In this document: piece after piece, positions 40,222-51,543 of the stretch
Position numbering within the stretch: position 1 is the stretch's first letter
Layout: each line of letters opens with the position of its first letter
Source of the DNA: Macrostomum hystrix
Lineage: Eukaryota > Animalia > Platyhelminthes
DNA length: 64,000 nucleotides
Assembly (NCBI GenBank): GCA_950097015.1
Contig: CATNEN010000001.1
Location: 2,232,001 to 2,296,000, forward strand
Reading direction: 5' to 3'
Program-made: the position numbers and the translations under genes
Notes under the pieces: model-generated
Told to the model about the DNA's origin: nothing
The model's database searches: none
Seen by the model: only the letters and a program-made list of their open reading frames with translations

Positions 40222-41005
40222 CAATCACATTTAATCTCATCTCTAATCTTCACTCACATTTAATCTCACCTCTAATCTTCACTCACATTTAATCTGACCT
40301 CTAATCTTCACTCACATTTAATCTCACCTCTAATTTTCACTCACATTTAATCTCACCTCTAATCTTCAATCACATTTAATCTCACTTCTAATCTTCACTC
40401 ACATTTAATCTTACCTCTAATCTTCACTCACATTTAATCTGACCTCTAATCTTCACTCACATTTGATCTGACCTCTAATCTTCACTCACATTTAATCTGA
40501 CCTCTAATCTTCACTCACATTTAATCTGACCTCTAATCTTCACTCTCATTTAATCTGACCTCTAATCTTCACTCACATTTAATCTGACCTCTAATCTTCA
40601 CTCACATTTAATCTGACCTCTAATCTTCACTCACATTTAATCTCATCTCTAATCTTCACTCACATTTAATCTGACCTCTAATCTTCACTCACATTTAATC
40701 TGACCTCTAATCTTCACTCACATTTAATCTGACCTCTAATCTTCACTCACATTTAATCTCACCTCTAATCTTCACTCACATTTAATCTGACCTCTAATCT
40801 TCACTCCACTTTAATCTCAACTCAATCTCTACCCGCCTTTAATCTCAATTCTAATCTCCACTAACATTTAATCTCACCTTTAATCTCCACATACTTTTAA
40901 TCTCGCCTCTTATCTTCAGTCGCCTTTAATATCACCTCAAATATCCACTTACCTCTAATCTCACTTTTAAACACCACTCACATTTAATCTCACCTCTAAT
41001 CTCCT
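40222..41005. repeat. 29-bp minisatellite (TCACATTTAATCTGACCTCTAATCTTCAC)
   Basis: Read directly. Confidence 0.94.
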
Positions 41006-41777
41006 AGATCACTACTCTGAGCCATCTACCCGTCTTTCCCTTGTACCTAGAAAAGCTCGAAATGTTGTCGCATCTGTATTCCAATTTCTTTTTAAGACTT
41101 AGTCTTTCTTTGAATGATGTCAGCATTTCAATAAATTGTCATAGGTATCATTTCACGATATAAAATGTTTTCTATCCCGTTTTCTGTCCATCCTCCAGGT
41201 AGTAATGTTAATAAAGAAATCAATAAAAAGCATTCTATAAATAATATAGTTTTACAGCTTTTTACAGCTTTATCCAATGGAAGCATTTCCTTTATCGGTG
41301 TCTTATTTTACATTTGAGGCACGTTTATACGTTTCATATTGCCCTATAAAAAGTATAATTTTTCTTTAAGTTTTTTCGTCGTCTAAATTTTCGTCGTTTA
41401 GAAGTGCTAAAATTAGTGTGCTGTAAGTGTTCTGCTCAATGCTCTAAGCTTTTGAAGGCTAAAGGAAAAATGGTTAGAATTTATAACCAAAGTTAACATT
41501 GTTAAAATGCATTGTTAAAATATGCGAATAATACAAAATTGCACGTTTTATTTTATTTTGCATCATTTTTCCCGTTTGTTTTAGTGATGTTTCAATTTAT
41601 TTTGCTTTTCTTCTCATCGACGAGCACAAAACAAGGTATAACCACTAATTCAAGGTATATTATAGTTTGTATCATTGTGCGTCCAACAGAATTTGGCTTA
41701 ACACATGGTGTGTCGCTGAGTTTAACACTGTAATGTAATGTACTGTAATGTAAGTCTGTAATGTTTGTATGTAAAAA

Positions 41778-42692
41778 GGTGTATCACAGGGGTGTATCAA
41801 AGGATGTTGTATCACGGGAGTCTATCAGTGGGTATATCACAGGGGTGTATCAGTGGGTATATCACAGGGGTGTATCAGTGGGTATATCACAGGGTGTATC
41901 AGTGGGTATATCACAGGGGTGTATCAGTGGGTATATCACAGGGGTGTATCAAAGGGTGTTGTATCACGGGAGTCTATCAGTGGGGATATCACAGGGGTGT
42001 ATCAGTGGGTATATCACAGGGGTGTATCAGTGGGTATATCACAGGGGTATATCACAGGGGTGTATCAAAGGGTGTTGTATCACGGGAGTCTATCAGTGGG
42101 GATATCACAGGGGTGTATCAAAGGGTGTTGTATCACGGGAGTCTATCAGTGGGGATATCACAGGGGTGTATCAAAGGGTGTTGTATCACGGGAGTCTATC
42201 AGTGGGTATATCACAGGGGTGTATCAGTGGGTATATCACAGGGGTGTATCAGTGGGTATATCACAGGGGTGTATCACAGGGGTGTATCAAAGGATGTTGT
42301 TTCAGACGAGTCTATCAGTGGGTATATCACAGGGGTGTATCAAAGGGTGTTGTATCACAGGGGTGTATCAGTGGGTATATCACAGGGGTATATCAGTGGG
42401 TATATCACAGGGGTATATCACAGGGGTGTATCACAGGGGTGTATCAAAGGATGTTGTTTCAGACGAGTCTATCAGTGGGTATATCACAGGGTGTATCAAA
42501 GGGTGTTGTATCACAGGGGTGTATCAGTGGGTATATCAGTGGGTGTATCACAGGGGTGTATCAAAGGGTGTTGTATCACAGGGGTATCAAAGGGTGTTGT
42601 ATCAGTGGGTATATCAGTGGGGATATCACAGGGGTGTATCAAAGGATGTTGTTTCACACGAGTCTATCAGTGGGTATTATCACAGGGTATGA
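41778..42692. repeat. Modular G-rich satellite built from shuffled 12-15 bp TATCA-core units
   Basis: The units GTATCACAGGGG, TGTATCAGTGGG, TATCAAAGGGTGTT and GTATCACGGGAGTC occur in varying order. Confidence 0.93.
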
Positions 42693-42878
42693 CAGGTATG
42701 TACAAATTGTATTAGAAATTTTTTAAAGTTGGTTTGTTAAGCATTCTTAGGTTAGTTAAGTTTGCACTAAAATTGTTTGAGCATGCTTACAATATTTTTT
42801 TTTGTTTCATAATTTCTCATTTCAGATTAACTCTTGTGGACTTTATTGCTCTTGAAATCAGTCGACAAAGAGACCATT

Positions 42879-44930
42879 ATGTCTGATGTCGACCCAGTAA
42901 AAAATCAATTTTCTGCCTCAATGCTTGGTATTCTTCAAGACAACACTGAGGATGACGATGATGAAGAAGAGATTCTGTCTGCCAATTCTCCACTGGGTCG
43001 ATACGCTACGGAAGTTGGCTTGGCTGATGTTGTTACAGCTGACACTTCTATTCCTCTGTTGGATTCAGCTGCTGAATGTCTAGCCGACTTGCCTGAAGCT
43101 GAAGAAACAGATCAGATGATTGCAACGAGTATAACTGGACGATTAGTTAAATTCGTTACTTTTCGAGTTGTCGCCGCTAATGCTCTCTCGATTCAACGAC
43201 TGCTTGATGAAGACGATATGAAACGGTTAATTCTAGCCCTGACTGAGGATAACGAGTCACTGTGGAAGCTGATTGGCTCAAAGACGTTCTTATTAGGATT
43301 AATGATCATTATCTGGGTCATTGGATTGATTGCATTCTATTTCTTCACAGTTTCCTACATCCTCGCCACAGTCGTCGTGTTTCTTACTTTGTTAGCTTCA
43401 GTACCGTGGCTAGCTTTCAAATTCGCTTCTCACTGGTTAGCTTCCATTTTAGAATTATTTGAGCGTTGCCTAGCAACCCAGCGAACTTGTTTACGTGTGG
43501 CTCGCGAACGCCTGCTGGTTGAACGAGGTTACACTCTGATACGCGGAGCCAATTTAGCTCATTCAGATGCAGAAAAAATTCCTGAAGGATCTTCTTTAAA
43601 GTCGCTTCGACCAGCTCCGGCTTTGAGTCGGGCAGCTTTTGAATCAGCCCGACGCTTGACTCATTCAACGCGACGTCTGGCTCGAAGTGTCGGACTCGGT
43701 GGTCTGGCTGCTCTTACAGACGACGCTGAATTCGGCGAAGCTTTCAGTCTCAATTTGACTTTAAATGACTTGGCGAATGCCACAGACGGCTTTGCGCCAA
43801 CCGCTCTGGCCTCTATGGCAGCACTGTTGCAGATGCACTTGTCGGATATTTTGTACAGACTCTTGCTCACCTGTGCCTGCGAAAATAGTGCTCATTCTGG
43901 ATTTGTTAAGCTGCTCAGAAGCCTTTGTAGTCTCAAGGAAGAGATTTGTAAGGAAACGGAATTACTCGAAGCTCGATTAGAGCGACATCGAAGGCGCAAT
44001 GCAACTGACGTTGATGCGCTTCTGGAAGAATTTCTAGGAAGTTCTTGTAAAGCGTCTTCTATGAGGCGTTCATTAAAGGCTGTTGCGTCGTCAATGTTAA
44101 CTCCATTGCAAGCGGCGACGCGTAGTTTGCGTTTGCAAGCGGAAGCCTTGCTTGTCAAAGCGGTGCTAATCGAAGGACAAACGGCCAGTCAGTGTGCATC
44201 AGTATTATTAGCTGAAGTTGCCGATCTTGCCATGGAAGCTCGCGTCTACGCTGTCAATGCGGCTGCCTGCTGCGACGAAATTCAAACGGCTAGTAAACCG
44301 CAAGCTCCGTCGACTTCGCCGCTAACATCGGCGGAGCCTTCAACTACAGAGATAAACTCCAACACTGCTCGGCCTGTTTTAGTTGTTAGTTCAGATACTG
44401 AGCCAGCTGTTGAAGACGAATTCCTTGAAGAACTTGTCCCTGCCGACGATAGCGACGTCGATATCGACGAGGACAGCAGAACAGTCGGCGACTCGGACGA
44501 AGCTGCTCGTCGTGCCGCTACTCGTCGCGTTTTAGGCGAGCTCGATTCGGTAATTTTTCAACGACGGCGACTGTTTCGTCAACGCGAGCAGGCTGCCAGG
44601 GCGAGGCGCGGCCTAGCGCCGGTGGATGACGAAGGCGACGCCGATTACGAAGATAAGCGCAAGACTGTCCTCAAAGATGAGAACGAAGGCGATGAGTTTC
44701 CGCGAGTTCGTTGTCGTCGACGTATTGTCTGGCACGGCACCTTAGAAGGCCAGGGTGACGGCGATGGGGGAGCCGGAATGCCGAATCCGTCATCCGCGCC
44801 AGCGACATCAGCGTTTGCCACCGCTGCCTCTTCCTCGTTATTTGCCGCTGCGGCACTTGCTGCTCGCCATGAGCGCGGAATTCAGCTGAGCGAGGAGGCC
44901 TTTGGAGACAGCGGCGACGAATGCGAATGA
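42879..44930 (+). CDS. VEZT: Vezatin-like protein, single coding exon, about 683 aa
   Basis: Acidic N-terminus plus EEILSANSPLGRY (vezatin ENSPLYQYL-like), two TM helices, ERLLVERGYTL (EVISRGFTL-like), TDGFAPTAL (TDNFSLPAL-like) and a coiled coil. The first ATG is at 42879, after the acceptor at 42825. Confidence 0.8.
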   Translation: MSDVDPVKNQFSASMLGILQDNTEDDDDEEEILSANSPLGRYATEVGLADVVTADTSIPLLDSAAECLADLPEAEETDQMIATSITGRLVKFVTFRVVAANALSIQRLLDEDDMKRLILALTEDNESLWKLIGSKTFLLGLMIIIWVIGLIAFYFFTVSYILATVVVFLTLLASVPWLAFKFASHWLASILELFERCLATQRTCLRVARERLLVERGYTLIRGANLAHSDAEKIPEGSSLKSLRPAPALSRAAFESARRLTHSTRRLARSVGLGGLAALTDDAEFGEAFSLNLTLNDLANATDGFAPTALASMAALLQMHLSDILYRLLLTCACENSAHSGFVKLLRSLCSLKEEICKETELLEARLERHRRRNATDVDALLEEFLGSSCKASSMRRSLKAVASSMLTPLQAATRSLRLQAEALLVKAVLIEGQTASQCASVLLAEVADLAMEARVYAVNAAACCDEIQTASKPQAPSTSPLTSAEPSTTEINSNTARPVLVVSSDTEPAVEDEFLEELVPADDSDVDIDEDSRTVGDSDEAARRAATRRVLGELDSVIFQRRRLFRQREQAARARRGLAPVDDEGDADYEDKRKTVLKDENEGDEFPRVRCRRRIVWHGTLEGQGDGDGGAGMPNPSSAPATSAFATAASSSLFAAAALAARHERGIQLSEEAFGDSGDECE

Positions 44931-45374
44931 GGATTCGAATTTATTGCGAAAGTCACAATTTTAGGCTAATAGCAAACGCTAGATGTATACGTTCGCTTTA
45001 ATAGGTTTAGTTGTTGAGTATTGTTTTGAATTCTCTTTTATGTGCCTGTAGTGCTGATCTTGTATAAAAATTCGCATTTATCATAATGTCTCGAGTGATT
45101 TTGGCCTTTTAAAAGTAATATACATGTATCAGGATTTTTTGTGTATTTTATCATTTTTGCATTTCGCTTTTATAGTTTTTTGTGAGTCTAGTCCTACTTA
45201 AATAAGGGGCTAGTTGTGATCCTAGCTCGTATAAAAGTTTGTGGCTATGACTCGAATAGGGGTGAGTGAAAAATACGGAATAAAAAAAGACGACAGCACG
45301 CTGGATAATATAGTGACAAAGAGAGAATGAGTGATTGAATAATGGGATACGAGACTCAGGAGAAATGAAACACT

Positions 45375-46435
45375 TTAGATATGAGACACGGTAGAGATGA
45401 GACAGGGTAGAGATGAGGCACGGTAGAGATGAGACACGGTAGCGATGAGGCACTGTAGAGATGAGACACGGTAGCGATGAGGCACTGTAGAGATGAGACA
45501 CGGTAGCGATGAGGCACTGTAGAGATGAGACACGGTAGAGATGAGACACGGTAGAGATGAGACAGGGTAGAGATGAGGCACTGTAGAGATGAGACACGGT
45601 AGAGATGAGACACGGTAGAGATGAGGCACTGTAGAGATGAGACACGGTAGAGATGAGGCACTGTAGAGATGAGACACGGTAGAGATGAGACACGGTAGAG
45701 ATGAGACACGGTAGAGATGAGACACGGTAGAGATGAGACAGGGTAGAGATGAGGCACTGTAGAGATGAGACACGGTAGAGATGAGACACGGTAGAGATGA
45801 GGCACTGTAGAGATGAGACACGGTAGAGATGAGACACGGTAGAGATGAGAAACGGTAGAGATGAGACAGGGTAGAGATGAGGCACTGTAGAGATGAGACA
45901 CGGTAGAGATGAGACACGGTAGAGATGAGACACGGTAGAGATGAGACACGGTAGAGATGAGACAGGGTAGAGATGAGACAGGGTAGAGATGAGGCACTGT
46001 AGAGATGAGACACGGTAGAGATGAGACACGGTAGAGATGAGACACGGTAGAGATGAGACAGGGTAGAGATGAGGCACTGTAGAGATGAGACACGGTAGAG
46101 ATGAGACACGGTAGAGATGAGACACGGTAGAGATGAGACAGGGTAGAGATGAGGCACTGTAGAGATGAGACACGGTAGAGATGAGACACGGTAGAGATGA
46201 GACAGGGTAGAGATGAGGCACTGTAGAGATGAGACACGGTAGAGATGAGACACGGTAGAGATGAGACAGGGTAGAGATGAGGCACTGTAGAGATGAGACA
46301 CGGGAGAGATGAGACACGTAAGAGATCAGATACGGAAGAGATATGACACGGTAGAAATTAGACAGTTGAAATTATACACGTCATAACTGAGACATGTAGG
46401 AGATGAGATAGGGGAGAGATAAGACACGGTAGAAA
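45375..46435. repeat. 16-bp minisatellite (GTAGAGATGAGACACG)
   Basis: Read directly; lies in the vezatin-STAM spacer. Confidence 0.96.
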
Positions 46436-46577
46436 TCAAATGTAGAAATTTATATCAGTTAGTTGTTTTTTTCATAATATTTCAGCTTTCTTCGTCAACA
46501 AGACTCTTAAAATTGTTCAAATTCTAAACTAAGAAAGTGTAAAAAAAATAAATCCGAAAATCTAGCAATCGAAGAGA

Positions 46578-49153
46578 ATGTCGTTTTCAAAGCTGGAAAA
46601 AGAGATTGACAAGATCACGGACGAAAAGAACACACGCGAAGACTGGAACCATATCTACGAAGTTGTTGATCAGATCAATGCCAGCAGGTGTCAGAAGGAT
46701 GCTCTGAAAATGCTGCTTCGCAAACTGCGTCATCGCAATCCGCACGTCTCTATGCAGGCCCTGACTTTGATGGACAGCTGCGTAGCCAATTGTGGGCACG
46801 AATTTCATCGCGAACTGTGCTCAAAGAGTTTTAGCTCGGAGGCCAAGTCTATCCTAGGCAATAAGTCGATAAACGCCCAGGTTCATCAACGTTTTGCTTA
46901 TTTACTGCGCAAATGGTCGCAGATGGACGAGATACGCAAAGATTCCTCGCTGGGCCTACTGGCCGATCTTGTCTCCGACCTGCGTGATATGGGAGTCAGT
47001 TTTGATTATGATAATAAGTGAGTGCTTTCGCGTTTTATCATTCGCTTCTTTCTCACCATTCCTACAGCTAACTTCTTTTAGTCAAGTCAAGCTTAGCCAA
47101 GTCTGGGCATCAGTCGCTTTAAACTCACACCCCTGTGTTATAGCTCGTGCTAGATTTTTTCTGTCCTCCTTGTCCTAGCTCATCGCTGATTGGTTGGCGT
47201 CAATTGCTATAACTTCACTCTGTCCCCAATGTTCTTGCTCATCGCTAATTGGCTGGCGTCAGTCGCTATAACTTCACTCTGTCCGCTCTTGCTCATCGCT
47301 AATTGGCTGGCGTCAGTCGCTTTAATTTCTCACTGTCCCCGTGTCCTTCCTCATCGCTAATTGGCTGTTATTAGAGGCTTATCTGTCGCCAGTGTTATCA
47401 CAGATATTTAGTGCCAGTCTACCTACTCACACTACTGTAAATATTTTTTCAGAGCTACCGGAAATCTGGAGGCAGCGGCCAGCAAAAGTAAATCCAGTGC
47501 CGCTAGCGGCGCTGTCAGCGTCGGAGGAAGCAGCGGTAGATTGGGCAGTGGCAGTCGCACTGCTGGCAGCGGCAATCAGAAAGACTCGGAAAGTGCTGCA
47601 CTTCGCAAGGAGGACGAGGATCTTGCCAAAGCTATCGCTTTATCGCTACAGGAACAGCAGCAGCAGCAGCAACGCTCGGCATCTCCTAGAGGTAACAGCG
47701 GAAGCGGCGGCGTTAGCATGGTCGGTGGTTCCGGGATGTACCCGGCGATGCTATCAGCCGGCGGATTGGATTACGCATCCGGTGGCTCAGCAATGAACGC
47801 CGGCCTAATGGGTTTGACTAGCTCAGCGCCGCCTCCGCCTGTAATTAAGCGAGTCCGCGCCCTCTACGACTTCGAAGCAGCCGAGGATAACGAAATGACA
47901 TTTCACACTGGCGATGTAATTCTTGTTGACGACTGCTCCGATCCAAACTGGTGGCACGGCTCTGCCCTGACTGGCGGCTCTTCCGGCCTGTTCCCGTCCA
48001 CCTTTGTTGAAGACGATACGGGGCCGAAGACTACGGAAGCGGTAACTGGCAAAGGCGTGACCTTTAATGATCAGGTACGAGAGGTATCCACAGAGTGCTC
48101 ATTCAGGCAGTGTACACTCAGTGGCTTGGAGGTTGGCCCTTAAGGTCGTAAATTGAACGACAAGTCCCCAAGCCTTCTCTCAGCGGCTGCGCCCCAAATA
48201 AATGTGGCCTCGTCGCGGAACCGAGCTCAGGGACCTTAATGCGTAAGGGAAACGCGTTCGACCGCTTTGCCACTCACCCCAACATTTATTTAAACTTACT
48301 TAAAGAATTGTGGGAGAATGGAGCATTTACGAAGCAAACATTTTTACTGACGTTTTTTAACCTGATTAAAGAGTGGATGTATTATAATTTTGTAACGAGT
48401 TAGTTAAACAATTTTTCAATTACGTATAAAATCAAAAGTCTTTCAATCGAGCAGTTTCGTTGGAGAAGAATTTCTTGACGCTGAATTGGTTCATTGTTTT
48501 GTTAAATTATCATGCTTCAATATCAGCCCCTAGGTTTTACTAGCTTAACCGAAAAACACTTTTTCTAGGTTGACATTAAACTGATCGAGGAGCCCGTAGT
48601 GATTGATCCTGCTCAGATAGACGAATGCCTGGCCCAGTTGGAGAACTGCGATCCCACTGGCGATCCCAATCGGCCAGATCCGCCCGAGCTGCCTCACCTG
48701 GAAGAGCGCTGTCGCAAGATGGCCCCACTAATCGACGCCGAGATTGAACAATTGGATCGCAAATATTTGGAATTGCATCAGCTAAATTCGCGCCTATCCG
48801 AAGCCTTTCAAATGTATCACAATCTTATGAGCGCTTCAGCGCCACCGCCGCCTCCGCTGCCGCCACCGCCGCAGACTCAGGCCTACTATGCTTCGCCGGT
48901 GTCAGGTGGTGTACCAAATGGCCTTGGGGCGCCAATCTACCTGCCGCCGCAGTCTATTGATCAGCAGCAGGCTGCCTACATGCAGCTGCAGCAGCACATG
49001 ATGCAACAGCAGCCGCAGCAGCCGCATCAACAGCAGCAGCCACCGCTTCAAATGCATCCCGGCTATTATAATCAGCAGCAGCCGCCGCCGCAGCCGCCGC
49101 CGCCGCAGCAGCAGCAGCAGCAGCAGCAGCAATATCAGCAGCAGTTGCTTTGA
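46578..49153 (+). CDS. STAM: STAM (ESCRT-0 subunit): VHS-UIM-SH3-GAT/coiled coil and a Pro/Gln tail, 3 exons
   Basis: Exons 46578-47017, 47453-48074 (alternative in-frame donor 48083) and 48569-49153. VHS domain (NPHVSMQALTLMDSCVANCG), UIM (EDEDLAKAIALSLQE) and SH3 (VRALYDFEAAEDNEMTF). Confidence 0.96.
47179..47370. repeat. Four ~55-60-bp tandem units, each with ATTGG (reverse CCAAT); the first three also carry TGGCGTCA; STAM intron 1
   Basis: CTCATCGCT(G/A)ATTGG occurs at about 47179, 47238, 47292 and 47350. Confidence 0.8.
48095..48282 (-). mobile_element. SINE family A 5' half in STAM intron 2
   Basis: The reverse complement begins GGGGTGAGTGGCAAAGCGG...GTCCCTGAGCTCGGTTCCGCGACGAGGCC. Confidence 0.75.
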
Positions 49154-50425
49154 AAATAATTTTCATTTAAACGATGAAAAACAAACGTTGCCTACGTAGA
49201 CTTGGGGACTGATTTTTTCGTTGTTTTAACTTTTTTTGCTTATTCTGATAAACTGATTATTCAGCACGTCCCGTAAACTGCCGTTATCTCAAATTTAAAG
49301 ACAAACAAGTTATGGGTAATATATTTGCCTTGATCTAATGAACCTGTACTTTTTCCTTGTCGATATAATATTAGTCAGTAATGACGTTATATTTATTCCG
49401 ATTAATGTGTGTTCGTGTCCTCTGTATAAAAATACAGATTTTTTAAGTTTACCTTGGCCTCACTATACAATTAATTTTTCGTTTCTTTTGTTTTTTCCTG
49501 ATCACTGTGAAATATGTGTATTTTTTAACCTTGAATATTTCTAATTTTATACTAGTCACCGTAAATATAGGTTTATAAGAATTCATTAAATTAAGTTTTA
49601 ATATGTGTGTTTATCATAATTTGACGGCACTAATAAATAAGTAAATATTTCATATGGTAGGTACGTTTTTGTATGATTGAAAGTCATGCTTTCTCACTGT
49701 CTAAAATATGTTTCGCAAGGTTACAAGTAAACATACTTATAGTACAGAAAGCTTCACACTTTGAAGTCTATTTGATCAATACTGGATATTTACTTTCATC
49801 TGCCTGTCTCGTTGCTTCAATGTGGATGCTTTTTGCCTTTGTAGTTGATTTATTTGCTGCTATTCTGTTCATACACACAAACTAAGACAGATTCTTAATA
49901 AAAACTACAATTTTTTCCAACGGATAAATTTCCCCGTGTGTTACTAATAGTAGCATGTAAAGAATATGTTGCATCGTCGATTTCTGATTTTTAATTTACT
50001 CCTTTGTGAAGGCGAATTTCTACGAACTTGTGAAATATAAGGCAAAACATTTTTCTTAATTTCTGATCCAACTGGTTTGAATTGGTTTTTCTCATTTTTT
50101 CCTAGAAGTTTTTAAAGCCATTTTTGAGTAGCTAGTTCTCATATTCCATATAGAGGATAAACGGAGTGACATTTTTAGCCCGGAAATTACAGTTTCTGAG
50201 TTCTGAACACTTAATTCAGTTCACTCAGTTGTGTAAGATGAGTACCGAAAGTAGCTCGAAGTAAAATGTCAGGTCTGTTTGGCGCCCCCAGCCAATCAAG
50301 CAATCTTATTTATCTCACCTCTTTATTAAAAAACTACAGGATTCGCAGAAACTGTCGTTATGAGTGTCGCTTGGAAATTCATAAAAATTATCTCATTGTA
50401 ATGTTATTAGCTTGGAATACAAGCA

Positions 50426-51037
50426 ATGGCACTAGCATCAATATGGCGCTGGTACACCCGAGCGATCATGGTCAGGCCAATGCTAACGCAGTCAATTTCG
50501 GCTGGCACTGTTATGGCACTGGGTGATGCGACTGTTCAGTGCGTTAGTTTGGTACGCTTGCAGCCACTCACTGATCAGCGATCCGTTCTGTCCAAGGTTG
50601 ATTATGTCTATCAAAGATTTGACCTTTCTCGTACCGTGCGCTACTTCCTATTGAGTTCGCTGATCATTGGTCCCGGATTGCGTTGTTGGTTCGTGTTTCT
50701 ATCGCGTCGCTTCGAGCGTCAGACGGCAGTGTCTGGCGTCAGCGGCGCTGGTCGTTTGAAGATGCTAATTGCGGACCAGGTGCTAATACCGCCAATTATG
50801 TGGCTAACCTTTCTAGGTTATACTTCTATTGTAGTGCGCGGAGATAGAACTGCAGTGGAGGTGCGTCAGTTTGTGATGAACCGGTTGCCAAGCATGGCCG
50901 TTAATTCCTATCGTGTTTGGCCACTGGCGCAGACTATTAATTTCTTTCTAGTGCCACTGCATTTCAGACTATTGTATGTTAGTTGTGTTGGCTATTTCTG
51001 GAATTGCTACATTTGTTGGCACTCTAATCGTGATTAA
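50426..51037 (+). CDS. MPV17: MPV17/PMP22-family membrane protein, single exon, 203 aa
   Basis: RPMLTQSISAGTVMALGDATVQ, FDLSRTVRY, KMLIADQVLIPP and YRVWPLAQTINFFLVPLHFRLLYVSCVGYFWNCYI are family motifs. The exact paralogue is uncertain. Confidence 0.88.
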   Translation: MALASIWRWYTRAIMVRPMLTQSISAGTVMALGDATVQCVSLVRLQPLTDQRSVLSKVDYVYQRFDLSRTVRYFLLSSLIIGPGLRCWFVFLSRRFERQTAVSGVSGAGRLKMLIADQVLIPPIMWLTFLGYTSIVVRGDRTAVEVRQFVMNRLPSMAVNSYRVWPLAQTINFFLVPLHFRLLYVSCVGYFWNCYICWHSNRD

Positions 51038-51543
51038 AGAAACATTTTTGTTGCTTGATTTAATGAACTCAAGCTGTCTTCTGTTCTAATTAAAAAACCT
51101 TCCAATTTTACTAAACGCCTACACTACTGCATAAAAGTAGTACATATTCGCGTCGCATAGATAATAAATAACTTGTGATACTCTAGATCCATTTTGTGTG
51201 AAATATTATATTTTTGGCTTTTACGCTCGTAAAACAATAAAGATCGTCCTAATTGCCATCTACTCTTTATGTTAATGACATTACATTAAATGTCATTAAA
51301 ATAAGCGACCTGTGCTTATTAAATAGAGGTACATTGTAGCCTATCAAAGTAATCAAACAAACTGATTTAAACTTGAACTTGAAATGATTAATGTCTTTGA
51401 GACAAGATAACTTTATATAGACTTTAAGTTAGGCCTAATTTAGTTACGCGGAACATTATAACTTCATTATTATTTAATAATATTCGTCGATAATTCAATA
51501 TATTTCAGGCTACTACGCTACTGTTCGTCTCTGTGTGAGCACA

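Noticed and set aside
24896-46317. Long low-complexity ORFs (24896, 26183/26187, 28694-29423, the tail of 30707, 35531, 41761-41853, 45151-45375)
   Set aside because: All lie within satellite arrays in introns or spacers and are open only because the units lack stops in those frames.
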